DNA of 64,000 bases from Styela clava. Lineage: Eukaryota. Positions 11,601-26,600 of the stretch are shown in pieces; the stretch's first letter is position 1, and each line of letters starts with the position of its first letter. The notes beneath the pieces are model-generated. The model saw nothing but the letters and a program-made list of their open reading frames with translations, had not been told where the DNA came from and ran no database searches. The translations under genes and the position numbers were made by a program. The stretch spans positions 12,958,001-13,022,000 of the forward strand of contig NC_135254.1 of the NCBI RefSeq assembly GCF_964204865.1, read 5' to 3'.

Positions 11601-14600
11601 TCTTGAAATAAATTTAAATGTGTGGAAGAGGAAAGGTTCATTGGCCTGAGGTAAGGTGAAGATCACACCACTATTCAAGATTGTGTGATATCACAATTGT
11701 GATATTTGTCACTTGATTTTTGTATATGAAATATAAATAAAAAAAATGGATGTCGGTTTTTATATAATGTTTGATAAAGAATTTTGTGATTTTCTATAAT
11801 GTAATTTTATTTTTGATAAATGAACACAAAAGACCTCTTTCAAAAAAAAAACCATACTGTTATTCTTCAAAAGAAATAAATCTAAATCCTGTCTAAATTT
11901 CGGGGAAACGCGGTAAGAAGTGCTTGTACAGTGTACAAAACTGCTATGCGTAAAAAAGCCACATGGTCATTCTTTGTGTAGCAAATTTTTGTTGCTTTGA
12001 GAAGATGTAAAAAGAAACTTCAATTTCAACTTAGAATTTCAATTCAATTTAATTTATTTTTTGAAGATTTACGTATTCGAGTCGCCATCGATCCTAATAA
12101 CCAGTATAATTAACTAAAACTTTTCACGACCAACTAGGATTCCTTTTGCGACCCACCAGTGGGTCGCGACCCATAGTTTGGGAACCGCTGGGTTAGAGAA
12201 GCCACTGGTCTAATATATGGCTCTTGAACGATTCGAGCCGTCTTCACACATTCAAGATTCCATTAAAATTAGGAAGAGATTTGGTGCTAGAAATGTGTCG
12301 AAGTATTTTTATATCATTCAAATATATCATTTTTTTCATTTTGCCCAATTGAATTGCAAATATATTGTGTAGTATAAAGTAGAAAATGTTGTACCCATAT
12401 GATGGAGATGGTATGGGACTAATGGGAGTATGCAAATTGGTTAATAAACGGTAATAATAAGTCTAGTATCATCAGCAAACATATTAGCAATCACTTCCGG
12501 TTACTTTTACGTGTCGTTGTTATGATTCATGCAATATCAATGACTAAACTGTTGCTTGCTAGTTAGTCACGTCATTCAGTTAAAAGGCTTGCAACAAAAA
12601 TGTTGCAAAGTTTATTATAAAACCAACAATTTAAATGAATGACAAAGACGGCCCCAACCTTTTAAAATGAACAAAACTGATATTAAAATATTATCTTATT
12701 TCGTAATTACTGCATGATGACAGTAATTATATTTTAAAAAATTCGGCCCGAGGTCCCTTCGATCAAGCATAAATAGTGACAAACCATGGAAAAATATTAT
12801 GACGATAACGACAACACTAAATAAAATCACAGTTTGAAAACACAAAGAAATACAGACTGAATACACATTTCAACACATGTTGATGAAAGTCCCCTAAATC
12901 AACGTAATTCACAAGTCATGACTGTTTGAAGTTAGTATTAACATTATACAGGTGGGTTGAGGGATGTTTTCAAAAAGATTCCAGACTGGCTTTGAGACAT
13001 TGATATTTATAAAGATTGGTCTGTACTTTCATTGTTATTATTATTATTTTAGACCGCTATATATATATATATATATCATCAAGAGCTTTGTTCAATCACA
13101 GTCCCAATTTTTATTGATCAAGATTTTATTTAAATACACTAATTTAAAGGGAACCACCCATGCATGGTGAATAAGAAAAAATTTATTTTGAACAATTTTT
13201 TCTTGAGAAACGAGATTTCAGTATTTATTTCAGTAAATTTTGTTATTTTCACAATAAATCATTTGCATCAATCATAAAAATATCACAAATCTTGATTTTA
13301 CTGCAAAACAGATAAGATTTAGAATTTGTAGTTGAAATTCATTTAGACAACAATTTTAAAGTTCAAATTATTCAAATATGGCATTAAAGTCGGTTTGTAG
13401 GCAAAAAAAAATGTGAAAAGCATCAGAAAGACATGGCAGAAGGAAGTATTACCAAGTATGCCATAATGTGCCCTATTAGGTCTTTTCTCCAACTAGGTCA
13501 ACCGAGTAGTACGAAACTAGGACGACCAAGGTAATTTTAACTATTGTCTATTCCGTACTCCCGTAGTGTGTGTACCAGGTTACGGTTATGCCATAATTTT
13601 ATTCCGATTTTCCCTATTTTGATTCTATTACGAGTGTGTTAGCCAAGTGAATATACCCCCGCACAACTTGATATGAAGTAGGCGAACAAAATTAGTTACC
13701 TCCATATTGGTACTCTCACTTCTGGAGCACCCCCTTTCCACTCCTATAACTCTCACAATAATCAACCCCATCCCCAGTCATGCTAAATATATATTGTGAC
13801 ACATAAATCTGGAACATAATGTGACAAAGTGTCAAATGATAGAGCAATTTAACAAATAACTTACAAATTTTAACATATTCCAATCGAAGACGTAATCGTA
13901 TGAAAATCCTTGCCTATGGAATAAATTTCGAAATAATTGTCTCAAGTAAGAATAATCTGGTTTATCATCAAATCGAAGAGATCGACAGTAGTTCAAGTAT
14001 GTTGCAAATTCCGCTTTAAAAGAAAATAAATGTGAATTAATAAATATAAAGGTTAGAAGTTTCAATAAATGTATAAATACCTATAAGTGGATGTCACATT
14101 AAATTGATTAAAAATATACTAAGTATTGCGATAATTTGAAAAGTGTTATTCCCGCATATTCCCTCTTTGTCAAGATAAGCATTGAACAATGTTGATAGAG
14201 CTCGAGTAATTGACTCAACTGGAGTAGAACTCGAGTCACTATTTATCAAAGACTCCAAGCGACTCGAAGCATCTAAATCAGGGGACATTTTTTGTCGGTG
14301 GGCTAATTAACCAACTTTTGACAAGAGCCACACTAAATGGCTTGGGGGACTGCGTTGTGGCCCACCGGCCGCCTGTTTCACACCCCTGGTCTAAATGAAA
14401 TGAGTAGGGCTCATACTCAATTAATTGCCAAACGTATCTCAGCGATTGACTCGACTCTTGGATAACCCGCGACTCCACTTGCCTTGCAACTTTAGGGACC
14501 TGGCATTTAATGCCCGGACTCGTACATATAAACAAATGAGTATGTTGCAGTAAGAAAACTGACTTTTGTTTTTTCCAAATAAAAATTTTTTTTTTTTTTA

Positions 14601-17600
14601 AAAATTGCCAAACAGCAGAATTTACAAATTCTTACTCTTTGTCGAACACATAAAACTGATATAAAACATGCATGATAAAGATAAAGGTAGCTATATGTTC
14701 AGCTTTAGTACCAGAATGGGAGGAAATCAGAACATACTAATATGGAGTAAAAATACTAACATGGAAATCCCTTGCATAACATTTCGATAGGTGTCGACAT
14801 TTTCTTTTCGCTGATCCTCTCATATTTCTGTCTTTTTGTTGCTGCTTTCAATCCTTGCCACGGTAAATTACCAAGATTGAAATACATAAGAACATATCCG
14901 AGTGATTCCAGATCATCTCGCCGACTTTGTTCTGGGAAGAAAAACAATTGGTGTTATGATTATTGAAAATTTAATGAGAGTGTCTCGAAAAAATATGAAC
15001 ATTCTAAAGCCTTGAAAAAACGTTCATGATATTTTGAAAAAAATTGTAAATCAAGTAAAAGAATGACGAAAAAATGTCAGATTTTTTTACATTCTGTAAT
15101 TGTTCTTCTGTGCTACGAAAACCTACAACAATCCACCACGTTCTATCCACACTTTTATACGATTAATTCGAGTGTAAAAATTTGATGAAAAAAGAATTTT
15201 CAACCAACTTCTCACATCTACAGTATTATGACCTAGAAAAATGAGTAAAAACAACGATGCCATTTTAAGAAAAAAATAATTCACACAATTTTCAAAGAAT
15301 GGAACTTATGAAAGTATCAGAAAAATTGAGTATGTGTACGGTTTTGTTGACCATAGACAGATGCCTTGATAATACTGTATCAGCATTTGAACAAATTGTG
15401 CGATGCTCTGAAAATGTTACATACCAGAAAATGTTTACAGGCATAATTGAACAATTTCATTTAAAAGGGAACATTACAATAGAGAATAATTTAACTACGG
15501 GCAACAAGTGGTCAACTTTAACTAAATGTCCGAAATATCCACCTTTGTCATAATAAGCTCAAGTGTGCCAAAGAGTCAAATCATATCTTTGTAAAAATAT
15601 TTATAGCCTATGAAACTGATGGTACTTATAACCTTGCGAGACATCTCATAAAAAACTTAAGCCCTTGAGTGAGCAATAGAGCATGTTCGTAGTTCCAAGT
15701 CCAGTATAATTGAAAGTACTGAAAGTATTTAAAGGTTGGATGATTAATAATGCACAATTTTGATTTTGTCTAATTGGCTTCTAACTTGAAAACCATTTTG
15801 GCTGTTTTTTAATCATCAGTGATCACAACAATTCCGTAGTTGGTATCCATTCATTTAGAATATGATGAACATTTATAATAAATACAATATGTACATGATT
15901 AACTCATATTTTAGTTATGTCTGACACAATTCCGTTAATTTCAGCGGCACACTTAGCAACTCGCCATGACCCACTCTTTGGAAACCGCTGTAATTTTGTA
16001 AAATATTCAATATTTTCTTTTCTTCTTATCTAGGGTCTTGTGTGAAGCATAATTAAATATGAAATAACTTGTTTAGAAAATAATTTTAGGATATACCTAT
16101 TGATACGGAATACCATGCTTTCATTGTGATTTGGAGTTGTCATAATATAATTAAATTTATGGAATGACATTACCATAAAACTGTTTCCTTATTAACCATA
16201 TAGACATCCTTTACTAAGACAGCCGTTACTTAATTAAATACGCATTATCATGTCTCTCACAACATGTTGGATTAGAAATTCTACATTATAAACCAAACAT
16301 TCTTTGTTAAATTACAATTTATAACAGAGGTAACAAATGTCCTAATTAAATTTGATGTATTCCCTTCTGCTACCTGTTTCATTATTAATAAGACAACTCA
16401 GATCAAATCAAAGTTCATTGATCAGTGAATTGTAACTTGTAAGAGAACTGACTGACAACATCTGGATTGATTTCTACATAAAATTAGCAAATTAAAATTC
16501 CCAGCTAAGTAGGATGTTTAGTAAATTGCTTATAATGTAATGAAAAGATGACCATGGTTCAAATACATCGCTGGCTGATAACTGGTGGATATAAAAAAAT
16601 GAAATTCTTATGAAAAGTGTGAAATTATGTGAAAAAAAATCGTGAATCAAATTCATAAAAATTGTTTAGGCATTTGCACCCCTAGTTGTGTTGTCAAAGA
16701 GGGTATTTGTGTTAGACCCGTACATAAGTCACAATATAATATAAGAACGAAAAAATAAAAAATTTTGATATCGACATTTCTATCTACTATTATTCATCCT
16801 AAGTGGACCGAAGGATTTCACTAAGCAAACAAAACTGGACAGACAATAATGTCTAGTACTCGTCAGGTCATTTCAGAACATCAATTACTTGACAAAGAAT
16901 GTTGTATCAATTCATTGAACAAAAAGTAGAAATTAGGAGATACCTAGTTGGCAAGGAGATACCCATTGTATTAGTTGACCGCCTAGAAATAAAATCTACA
17001 ATCACATAAATAGGTTTAGGAAAACTTAATGGGAATTACGATTCAAAATAATCAAAAAGTTGCTGTTCAACAAGAATATTGAGATTCATTTTCTTCAGGA
17101 AAATATTATAAATTTTGTTTTTAACATTTCTCTTTTATTAAAGAGATTTATCCAAAGTCAAGTCCGCACACTCACTCAAAAATAAAGAAAACTCATCTCA
17201 GTGTGAATTTGTTGAGACCACAAAAATGCCAAGAACAATTGAAACATTATAGTGTTAGTGCATTACACACTAGTAAAGAATGATTCACTAGAATTTTGGA
17301 GTTATTCAAGTCAAATTGAGAAATATTATAAAATATACAATGGCATCATTTTAGGAACAAAATGATGAAATTATATTACAAATTATTTGAAGTTTGTTCA
17401 TCAAAACTTGACAGATTATATTACATTATATTGGGTCTACAAAAAGTCAGTAATGGTGTAAAAAAAAATTCTACAAGACTAAACTCATTAAAGCACATTG
17501 TGTAACTTAGGATATCAAATGAGGTTGTTTTCTGTTGTATGAGGTAATCTAATGAATTTAATTCAAATCAACAAATTCAAACAATCAAATCAAATTCAAA

Positions 17601-20600
17601 GTCGAGGCAGAGGTACAGATTTTAACTTACTCTTATATAACAAATTTACATAAAACAAGACATAACAAAAAAAATTTCAAAAATTATGCTAAATCAAAAT
17701 TATTCAATACTTATGCTTTTCAACAAAATTATTCGAATTAGCAGTCTATGTTTTAAACCTATTATAACATCCCAGCATAGTTATATTGACGTCACTGGCA
17801 ATCATAGGTCAGCCTTTAGTCATTTGTAAGTATAAACAAACTGATTTTATTGACAAGAACACCACAATTCATGACGTAAATCAGGCTATACAATGATGAT
17901 TTATATACAGTAGCACCATAATATAAAACATCTAAATGATTCAAACCAAACATAATTTATTCGGTCATCATGCAGATGTAGAAAATGGCGTATATGCCCA
18001 CATATGAAATCGCATGTAAATTTTTTAAAGAAAATGGGAAATGAGAAAACAACTACCAAGTAAGCAAACTCCAGTTAACAGGCAAATTCAAACAACAACC
18101 ATATTATTATTATTTTGAATGTTATAATCACCATGTTATTGTTATGAGGAAGATAGTCCTGATAACCAATTTTATTTCAATGAAAACACTGATAAGAACC
18201 CAGGAAATTATATTCCATATAATTATCACAACTAAAGCATACTTATTCTTACTTTTACAGTTTTAGTAGGCTTCAAAAAAATTCATTGAAAATGACACAC
18301 CTTAGTGTTTTCATATATTCTATGTCTAACACACTGTAGAAACCATTGTCAACATTGTTTTGTTTAGAATTCAGTCATAATAAAATACTGTCATAATGGT
18401 TGTCCTTGAATTACTGGTTTTAACCAAGACATTGTAAAGAAAACAGAAAGTCTCATATATGATTTGCATGCCTAATAATAAATAATAAAGAATTGTCTTC
18501 AGTACAATGTGGATTATCTTCCATAAGGATGAATAAAACATCATGATTTTCGATTCATTCTCTACATTATACCTCCTGGCCTTTGATTTAAAGATTTCAT
18601 GTTTAGAGTATTTGAATGTCAAAATGAAAACAAAATTCATGAAATTACAGAATACCACTAATGCTAAATGGAAGTGATTGTGGTTTCGAAAGCACTTGTT
18701 GGTGGCTTCATTAGATTTGATATCGCTGATAACATTTCCGGTGGTTCAAAAGCTAATTCTATGATGTTATCAACTAAATGCCTTTTATGATTTTCCATTT
18801 TACTCTGATTTGCAGTGCACAGTTAGGATACCGCATTTTACAGGCCATAAGACACTCTTCAAATACCCTTTTTCTCAAAAATTGTTCGCTAATGTATGGA
18901 TCATGAGGTGCTGTGCTTCATTGCCTACAATCAAAACCAGCAGTACCAGTATTTTTACTCTGGTTTGCATTGCACAGTTCGGATACCGCATTTTACAGGC
19001 CATAAGGCTTGCTTCAAATACCCTTCCTCCCAAAAATTGTTCGCTAATGTATGGATCATGAGGTGCTGTGCTTTATTGCCTACAATCAAAACCAGCAGTA
19101 CCAGTATTTTTACTCTGGTTTGCATTGCACAGTTCGGATACCGCATTTTACAGGCCATAAGGCTTGCTTCAAATACCCTTCCTCCCAAAAATTGTTCGCT
19201 AATGTATGGATCATGAGGTGCTGTGCTTTATTGCCTACAATCAAAACCAGCAGTACCAGTATTTTTACTCTGGTTTGCATTGCACAGTTAGGATACCGCA
19301 TTTTACAGTCCATAAGGCACTCTTCACATACGGTACCCTTTTTCTCAAAAATTGTTCGCTAATGTATGGACCATGAAGTGCCCTGTGCTTTATTGCCTGC
19401 ACTCAAAACCAGCAGTACCAGTACCGCCATATAGCCCTGTGTGCTTTATGTATGAATAAAAAACCCATCTGAGTAATTTATTGACATCGTTCTAATCGAA
19501 GTGCACACCGAATAATCGACTTACTTTGCACAAAAATGTTTTTTAGTTGGGATTGGCTTGTCTAAACAGTTTAGAATAAATATGTGATTGTTGTTAAAAT
19601 GAAAACACTACATCTACCAGGGTTTGTTATTATTCTAAATAGTGGACAGCGATGGAGACAAACAGACAGCATTTGGCTATTTAACATCATCAAACCATTT
19701 ACAAAAATTGCAGTTTCGAGCAACAGAAATTCTCATAAATATGATATCCAATTATGTAAAACATTGAACCTAAAGTCAATCACAGCCTGAAGCAATACAA
19801 ATGAGCTGTTGAAAGTAATCCTTGGTAGAGTTAATCAAATTACCAACATGTTATTAGGTTCCCGTTACAGAAGAATGAAAATGATAAAACCACAACCATT
19901 GACTGCCAATGTCTTTATAATCATGGTACCCCGATTTTTTCACCGAATATATTATGTATATCAGCATAATGCCCATCTGTATATGTGTTTATATTGAATT
20001 ACTGAAAAGTGAAATAAATTTCATGTTTTTAAACTAGACTACACTGGAATGGCACTTTAATTAGCCCTTTAGCAGAGTAATAAAACAAAATTCAGGGTTG
20101 TAAAATTTTACAGCCAGAGGCTATTGAGGTTGCAATGCAAGAATTAAATTCAAGAACACTTCTGATAAAAAGACATTCTATGAAAATAAATTTAAATATT
20201 CTATATTATTCCAAGTTATACAATTTCATCTTTTATCACAGCCTAATAAAATATATTCTTTTTTACTAATTTTATTCATCTAGTTAAATCTTGGGAGTAT
20301 TGCGTTTAAAATCTTATTCATATTCATGAATAATTGCCCCCTGAGTGCGGATAGACCAGCACCAGCGTTTCTGGCTAACGTACCCATAATAAAAACGCTA
20401 GAATTGTTTCAAAAATTGTCATCTAGTATGTCACCATAGACATTCCTTGTCATTATGTTGATTTTAAAAATATGCCGATATCTTTTGTTCTATTATAAGT
20501 GTTTGAAATAAATTATCTATCCTTTTATCATGTCATAGATAAACACTTGAGAAGTGTAAATATTAACAGATATGTCATAAGATTTTTAATTGATTGAAAC

Positions 20601-23600
20601 ATGAAATGTCAATAGGAAATTATTTGATAAAATGAATAGTCCTGCCAAACACATTAATAGATAATAATACCTTTGGATAAAGCGAATTGTGATAAATGTA
20701 AATGTTTATGTATTTTCTCTTCAAATTTTTCTTATTGTATTAAATATGAAAAGATTTGGCTATCTATTGAATTCACAGTTGAGCATTCTTTCAAAAAATA
20801 TCCTATAATATAATAACAATTAAAGGATTATCTTTTTGGTCTGTGAGAATATAGCTTCTGGTGTGCAGATTATCACATTTAAACATAATGCCAGATATGA
20901 GAATTAAATAGGCATATCATTCTAATGTCACAAATTGTTTTCTTCGAACTATGACTCTTTGAAAAACAGTGCCCTATTTGCTCTATTAGCACAGTGTTTG
21001 GAGGCATATAATATTATTTATGAACAAAATTAAACATAATCCACTATATTGAAAGCATTGGTAAAGGTATCAATACAGAAATCTTAGTTCTCTAAAAATT
21101 TACAAAAACAAAATTTTTCTACTTCACTTCACAGCTTTCATCACCAAAAATACAATGAAGTAAAATTCAAGTTTACCCACCTATACCAAGATGTGTGTTG
21201 ATAGAGGCGTATCGTGCCGTGCCTGTGAGGTTTTTGTTTTCCCTATAAGGAATGTGCTGGTGTGTCCTCGCGTCTCTGTATTTCTTAGCAAGACCAAAAT
21301 CGATGATATAAACGAGATTTCCTTTCTTGCCAAGTCCCATTAGAAAATTATCCGGCTTTACGTCTCGATGAATAAAATTCTTGCTGTGAATGTATTCGAT
21401 CCGACTGATCTGAAATAGAGAATTTCAATAACAATTAGAAAAAAATTTTTTCTTAACACAGAATATAAATACCACATCTGTATTTCTCGAAAGTTAACTT
21501 ATTACTTATTCACTTCAAAATTCAAAATATAAAAGTGACTATAATAAGCAATTAGGAAAGATTAAGAAAAAATTGAATTGAAGTTTTCTCCTGTGTTGGT
21601 ACATAATTACACAAAAACTACTGCATTGTGCTGCTGTGCCGAATATCCAAATAAAATAGTTGGTTAATTTGATTAAATTTAGAAAAATTGGGATTTGACA
21701 GATTTCAAAACAAAATATAAAACAAAAACTAACACTCGTTTTAATATTTTAAAAACCTTTTTTCTCATATTGAATTGATTTTAAATTTTCATTCTAATGA
21801 ATGATTCTTTCGGAAATTCCATGAGGTAGTAATTTATGCCACAACGCAATATGATTCCACATAACGTTAAATTAATCCAACAATAGTTGGATGTAAAATA
21901 ATGACAAACGAAACTCTGCTTTAGATAAGGCCAATTCAAGAGCAAAGTAATACTTTCAATCACAAGTGAGTATCTAAATCCAGTAACAAAAACAATTATT
22001 GCAGATGTAAAATGTTATTCATCTTATTGCACACATTATGCACAGCACACATCCCTATATTGAATAAGTAGTCTCAAGAGAGATTTGCTATGAATCATAT
22101 TTTCAATAATAATTATATGTGTGGAGGGAAAAACATAATTCCACAATGATATAAAGGACAAAAGAATATTAGAGAGGGCTGTGATGATTCACGAAATAAT
22201 ATTGTTACCAGCAAATTCATGTCACATTTCAATAATACAAAAATGAATTATATTGTAAAAATTTTCAAATTATCATAATATAGTAGCGTTAATAGCATTT
22301 TCTAATGGATAGGCACAGGCTATCAAAAACTGAATATAGGCGCAAAATTTTTTCTATTGATATATGTCTTAGACTGACTATCTTGAAGTAAAGACATCCA
22401 TTCCTTTAGATGTTATAATTGCTCTGGGCACAAATCAAAATGGCACGTTTACTTTAATAACTGTTATGGAGAGGATATCAATAAACCATAAATTGTTTAC
22501 CAAACTACAATAATGAGATGTTGGAGTAAATAAAAAAACAAATTATGACAGTTAAAAGTTTTACCTGTAAACCTACATACATACTACACCCAAGATTAAA
22601 TGACCATAGTGTTTCATTTTTTTACAGATAAATTATGGAAAGCTTTGTATAATGAATTTTAATTAGTGTACAAAATATTTTGAGAGTGCCAAAAGTGACC
22701 AAAAATAAATCTCGAAACATGAAAAGTTATTTGTAAATCATAAATAGTAGGCTAACAATTTCTCAAAACCAGAACAAACTAAAAATTTATAATTATCTGA
22801 GGAAACCTACTAAGTTGTACCATGATATTTAAGATGATTTTTCATGATGTGTTGGTCCGCTTTCAAAGACTCCTATTAACACTTGTTATCTAGTTTTACT
22901 TTTAAAACGTTTCAATCAGTTATTTTATGTGTCATCTTTAATAATAAAACAGTCAATAAACAGAGCGAAAGAATAAATACAGTCAAAGAATTGAATAAAT
23001 CACAGTCATGCTAGTTTAAATTCACGAATCACGAATGGTACTTTGTGATGACCTTTGCTCGTATCCCTTACAAATCCGCGGTGTGTTCCCTTTGGGGGGT
23101 TAGGGGCCCAGTTCAAGGATCCCTGGTCTACACAATTCAGGACTAATTTAATACAATAAAATGAATTGGCTGCGTTAAAAATTTTCCTTGTATGGTAAAT
23201 ATACAAACTCCTGATTTTTCAGTGACTAAAAGAAATATAAACAAGGATAATATCATCTTTTCCCTTGAAACGTTAAATGTATTTGTAAGTGTATTTTACC
23301 AGAAGGAAGGACTGTCAGTTCAATACACATTGCTCTGTTATCCTCTGTTTATCAGCAAATAAAAATATGAGAAAGCAATATTTATGCAAACAATACAGTT
23401 TTATAATGTCATAAATGGTGATGACACAAAAAATAAACAAAAATTTGAGTAGTTGTTGTAATGCGCTAGTAATGTTCATTAAAATACGATATAAAATATT
23501 CCACAATCTTGTGGGTGCCAGTATAATACTATTTAAGCCTTGTAATCTATAAATACGAAAAATTATATTAAAACAAAAATTTTAAATTCTAAGAAAATAA

Positions 23601-26600
23601 CAAGGTTATACAAGAGCAATTGTGATATTTAAAATTTAACAAAGAAAAGAGCAAATAACACAGAACTACTGTATATGCAATTCTAAGTAACCATATTCGT
23701 AAAAATATTTTTTAATCCAGAAATTACAAAATTAATTCAGATAGAATTGTATGCATCTAGTAATCAAACGTTTAAATGACCAAATAATGAAGGAAACATA
23801 ATAAAATCATGACTAACCAGTTGATCAGCTAGAAGTAAGACTGTTTTTAAACTGAATTTCCTTGAACAGAAATTGAATAAATCTTCAAGACTTGGTCCCA
23901 GTAATTCCATCACCAGTACGTTATAATCTCCTTCAGCACCGCACCACTTCACAGTGGGTATCCCAACTGTAAAATTTGAAAATATTACTGACCGTTATTG
24001 ACCAATAGTACCCAATTGAAAGCTTAGGCCTATTGTTGTGAGTAATTTTGAACAGAAAATTATTTGAGCCTGAACGCTTGACATTGGGAGACAGATTTCA
24101 GAAAGTTCTCCAAACATACAGTCGCCGTTGCTCCCGAAGTATGCGAACCAAGATGGCGGACATCGGAACGTAACATGGGTAACAGGTTATGGTTAGGCGA
24201 TCATTTTTTTTTTTCAATTTTCTTTATTTTAGTCCTATTATCAGTTCGAAGACTAGCCAAGAGCCTCCCGTAGTATTTATACCTAAAATTATGGCCTAAC
24301 CCTAACTTAGTACACATATTACATTCCGATGTCCGCCATCTTGGTTCGCATACTTCGGGAGCCCCCAGTCGCCATTGTAAAACACAAAAATTAATAGGCC
24401 TAGTAGGATAGTTGATTCCATTAATGAAAAACACAAACACAACACACAGAAATCAGCTATGTACATGATGTTTTGAAAAATAATTGAATAATTTTTTTGA
24501 AAATAAATTGAAAAAGTCTGGAGAATACTAATGGTTTGGTGTCATGATCCCTAAAGAGAGAAGTTTCAGTTCAATGTGAAAGCACTTGATCACATATCTG
24601 CTTTGGAATCGAAGGTAAAAATTCAAATTTCTCAATTTTTCGTAATGTGATTGGAATGACTTCCACTATAGTCAAGTAAAAATACATTCTGAAAAGCATT
24701 GCAATTTTGTTGTTTTCAAAGCTAGTAGTACATTACAAAAGATAGGTTGCAATTGGGTAGATAAGATCACCCGACCTCAAAAATCAATTGATAACAGTGA
24801 TAACAAAACCATCAACAGCATGTTGTTAACATCTGTCATTCTTTCACACAGCCCAAATGGCTTGCGATTTATTGGAACAAAACAAATCTTTGTTTTCGTC
24901 AATTGTTTATTTATATGGAATTTAAAAATTCAACAAATCAGTTTTAAAAAGCAAATTATCGATTTCATGTTCAATTAAGAGTGGAAATCTGTTATGAAAC
25001 ATTTTAGTGATAAATGTGAGAAACAACATGTTTTATTCTGGGTTATATGCTGCGCCTCCTTATCTGAATTACAAAATATTGCCACATTTTAGTTAGTTTA
25101 GTACTATTAATTTAAATTTGATAAAAAAAAAAAATTCAGACTAATAGGCAGCATTAGCAAATGGTTTGATTCATTCATTCAAATTTTCTGGTTGAACTTA
25201 GAGGGGGCAATGGGTGAAAAAAGTGTTGAGACCCATTGACCCAAATGTAATTTATTTTTCTCTTCCAACAAAAGTGGGTTCAAATTGTGGTAAAAATGAA
25301 TCGATCGAGGACAATGTGATTCTTAATTCTGTGAATAAAAATTTCCTGTTTACTTTAACCCTAAATTGATTCTAATCCATAAAGGCTTATGTTTAAAATC
25401 CTCAAAACAATTCCACAAGGGAATACAATGAACCCAAATTGTACACAATGTCTCGTATGACAATATGACAGCAGGATTAGTGGGGTCATCAGGTTTGTGC
25501 TGTGTCATTTGCTTTCGTCTTATGAATTGTTAACAACCTAATCCTTTTCTACTTTCTACGTGACTTCAAGTCAAATATAGAGGCATTGTTTAAAACTGAT
25601 ACATTTTGGGATATTATAAATTACAATTTACACAGTCCAATACAAATGGCTATTCATTGCAACACGGCATCAAAGACAGGACATAGCATAATAAAATCTA
25701 AATGAGTAGCCTACTTTAAAAATAACTTTGAATGGTTGAAACTTGAAAGATTAGGTTATTTCTGCACACAAGTATCCGTATAAATTGTAAATTGAAAAAC
25801 TAAACTACCGTAGGTATGACTAACTAGAAGGACGATAAATCATAAATTATCCCCTTATTGAAGATGTAAATAGACCACCAATCAGAATGAAATTGTTTCG
25901 CAACTTTTTACCTCAAAGTCACAACTCTGTGTTAGTTTCTCCTCTACTACATAAAAGCGAATTTCAAAATATGTTATTTAAAAATATGGAATTCTTACGC
26001 TTGGCAATTCTTGACTTTGATATTGAATAGTATGAATAACATTTATTTTGCCAAATAACAAAGCCAATTGAATTATTCACAGGTATATGACAATTGACAA
26101 CATTAATCAAAGTTGAAACATTGTACGTGAACAATGCACACTTCTCATATTATCAATAAACAAACTTGACAATACCAGATAAGGTCATCCCAAACAATGA
26201 TAAAGACTTACTCAAGGGAAATCACTCGTTTCAATTTATTATTAGGAAACACATTAGACACAGGAAGTACTCGACTGCTTTAACCAACTGAAAATCTACT
26301 CTATTTATGTTCAGTGAGCCATATGTCTGTCTCCGATAAAATTTTCTGTTTAAGTGTGTAACAAACATGGCATCTACTTGGTAGAAATAATTTCATATCC
26401 GACTGGGTCAAAAGTTATTTTGGGGGTATAGAAAGCCCTTTTATTACCCCTCTGTTAGACAAACTATTAAAATATTATTTCGAAACCAAGCAAACCCAAC
26501 ATAAATACAATACAACAATTTTGATTTCATAATCAAATTCATACATGCTTTGCCGCATGCTACCAAACTTATCTCAGATTTGTAACTTTTTTAACACATT

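Noticed and set aside
18797-19423. CRISPR-like array, or ORFs within the 155-bp repeat
   Set aside because: Contiguous tandem units without unique spacers, eukaryotic intron, no cas genes; the ORFs are by-products of the repeat.
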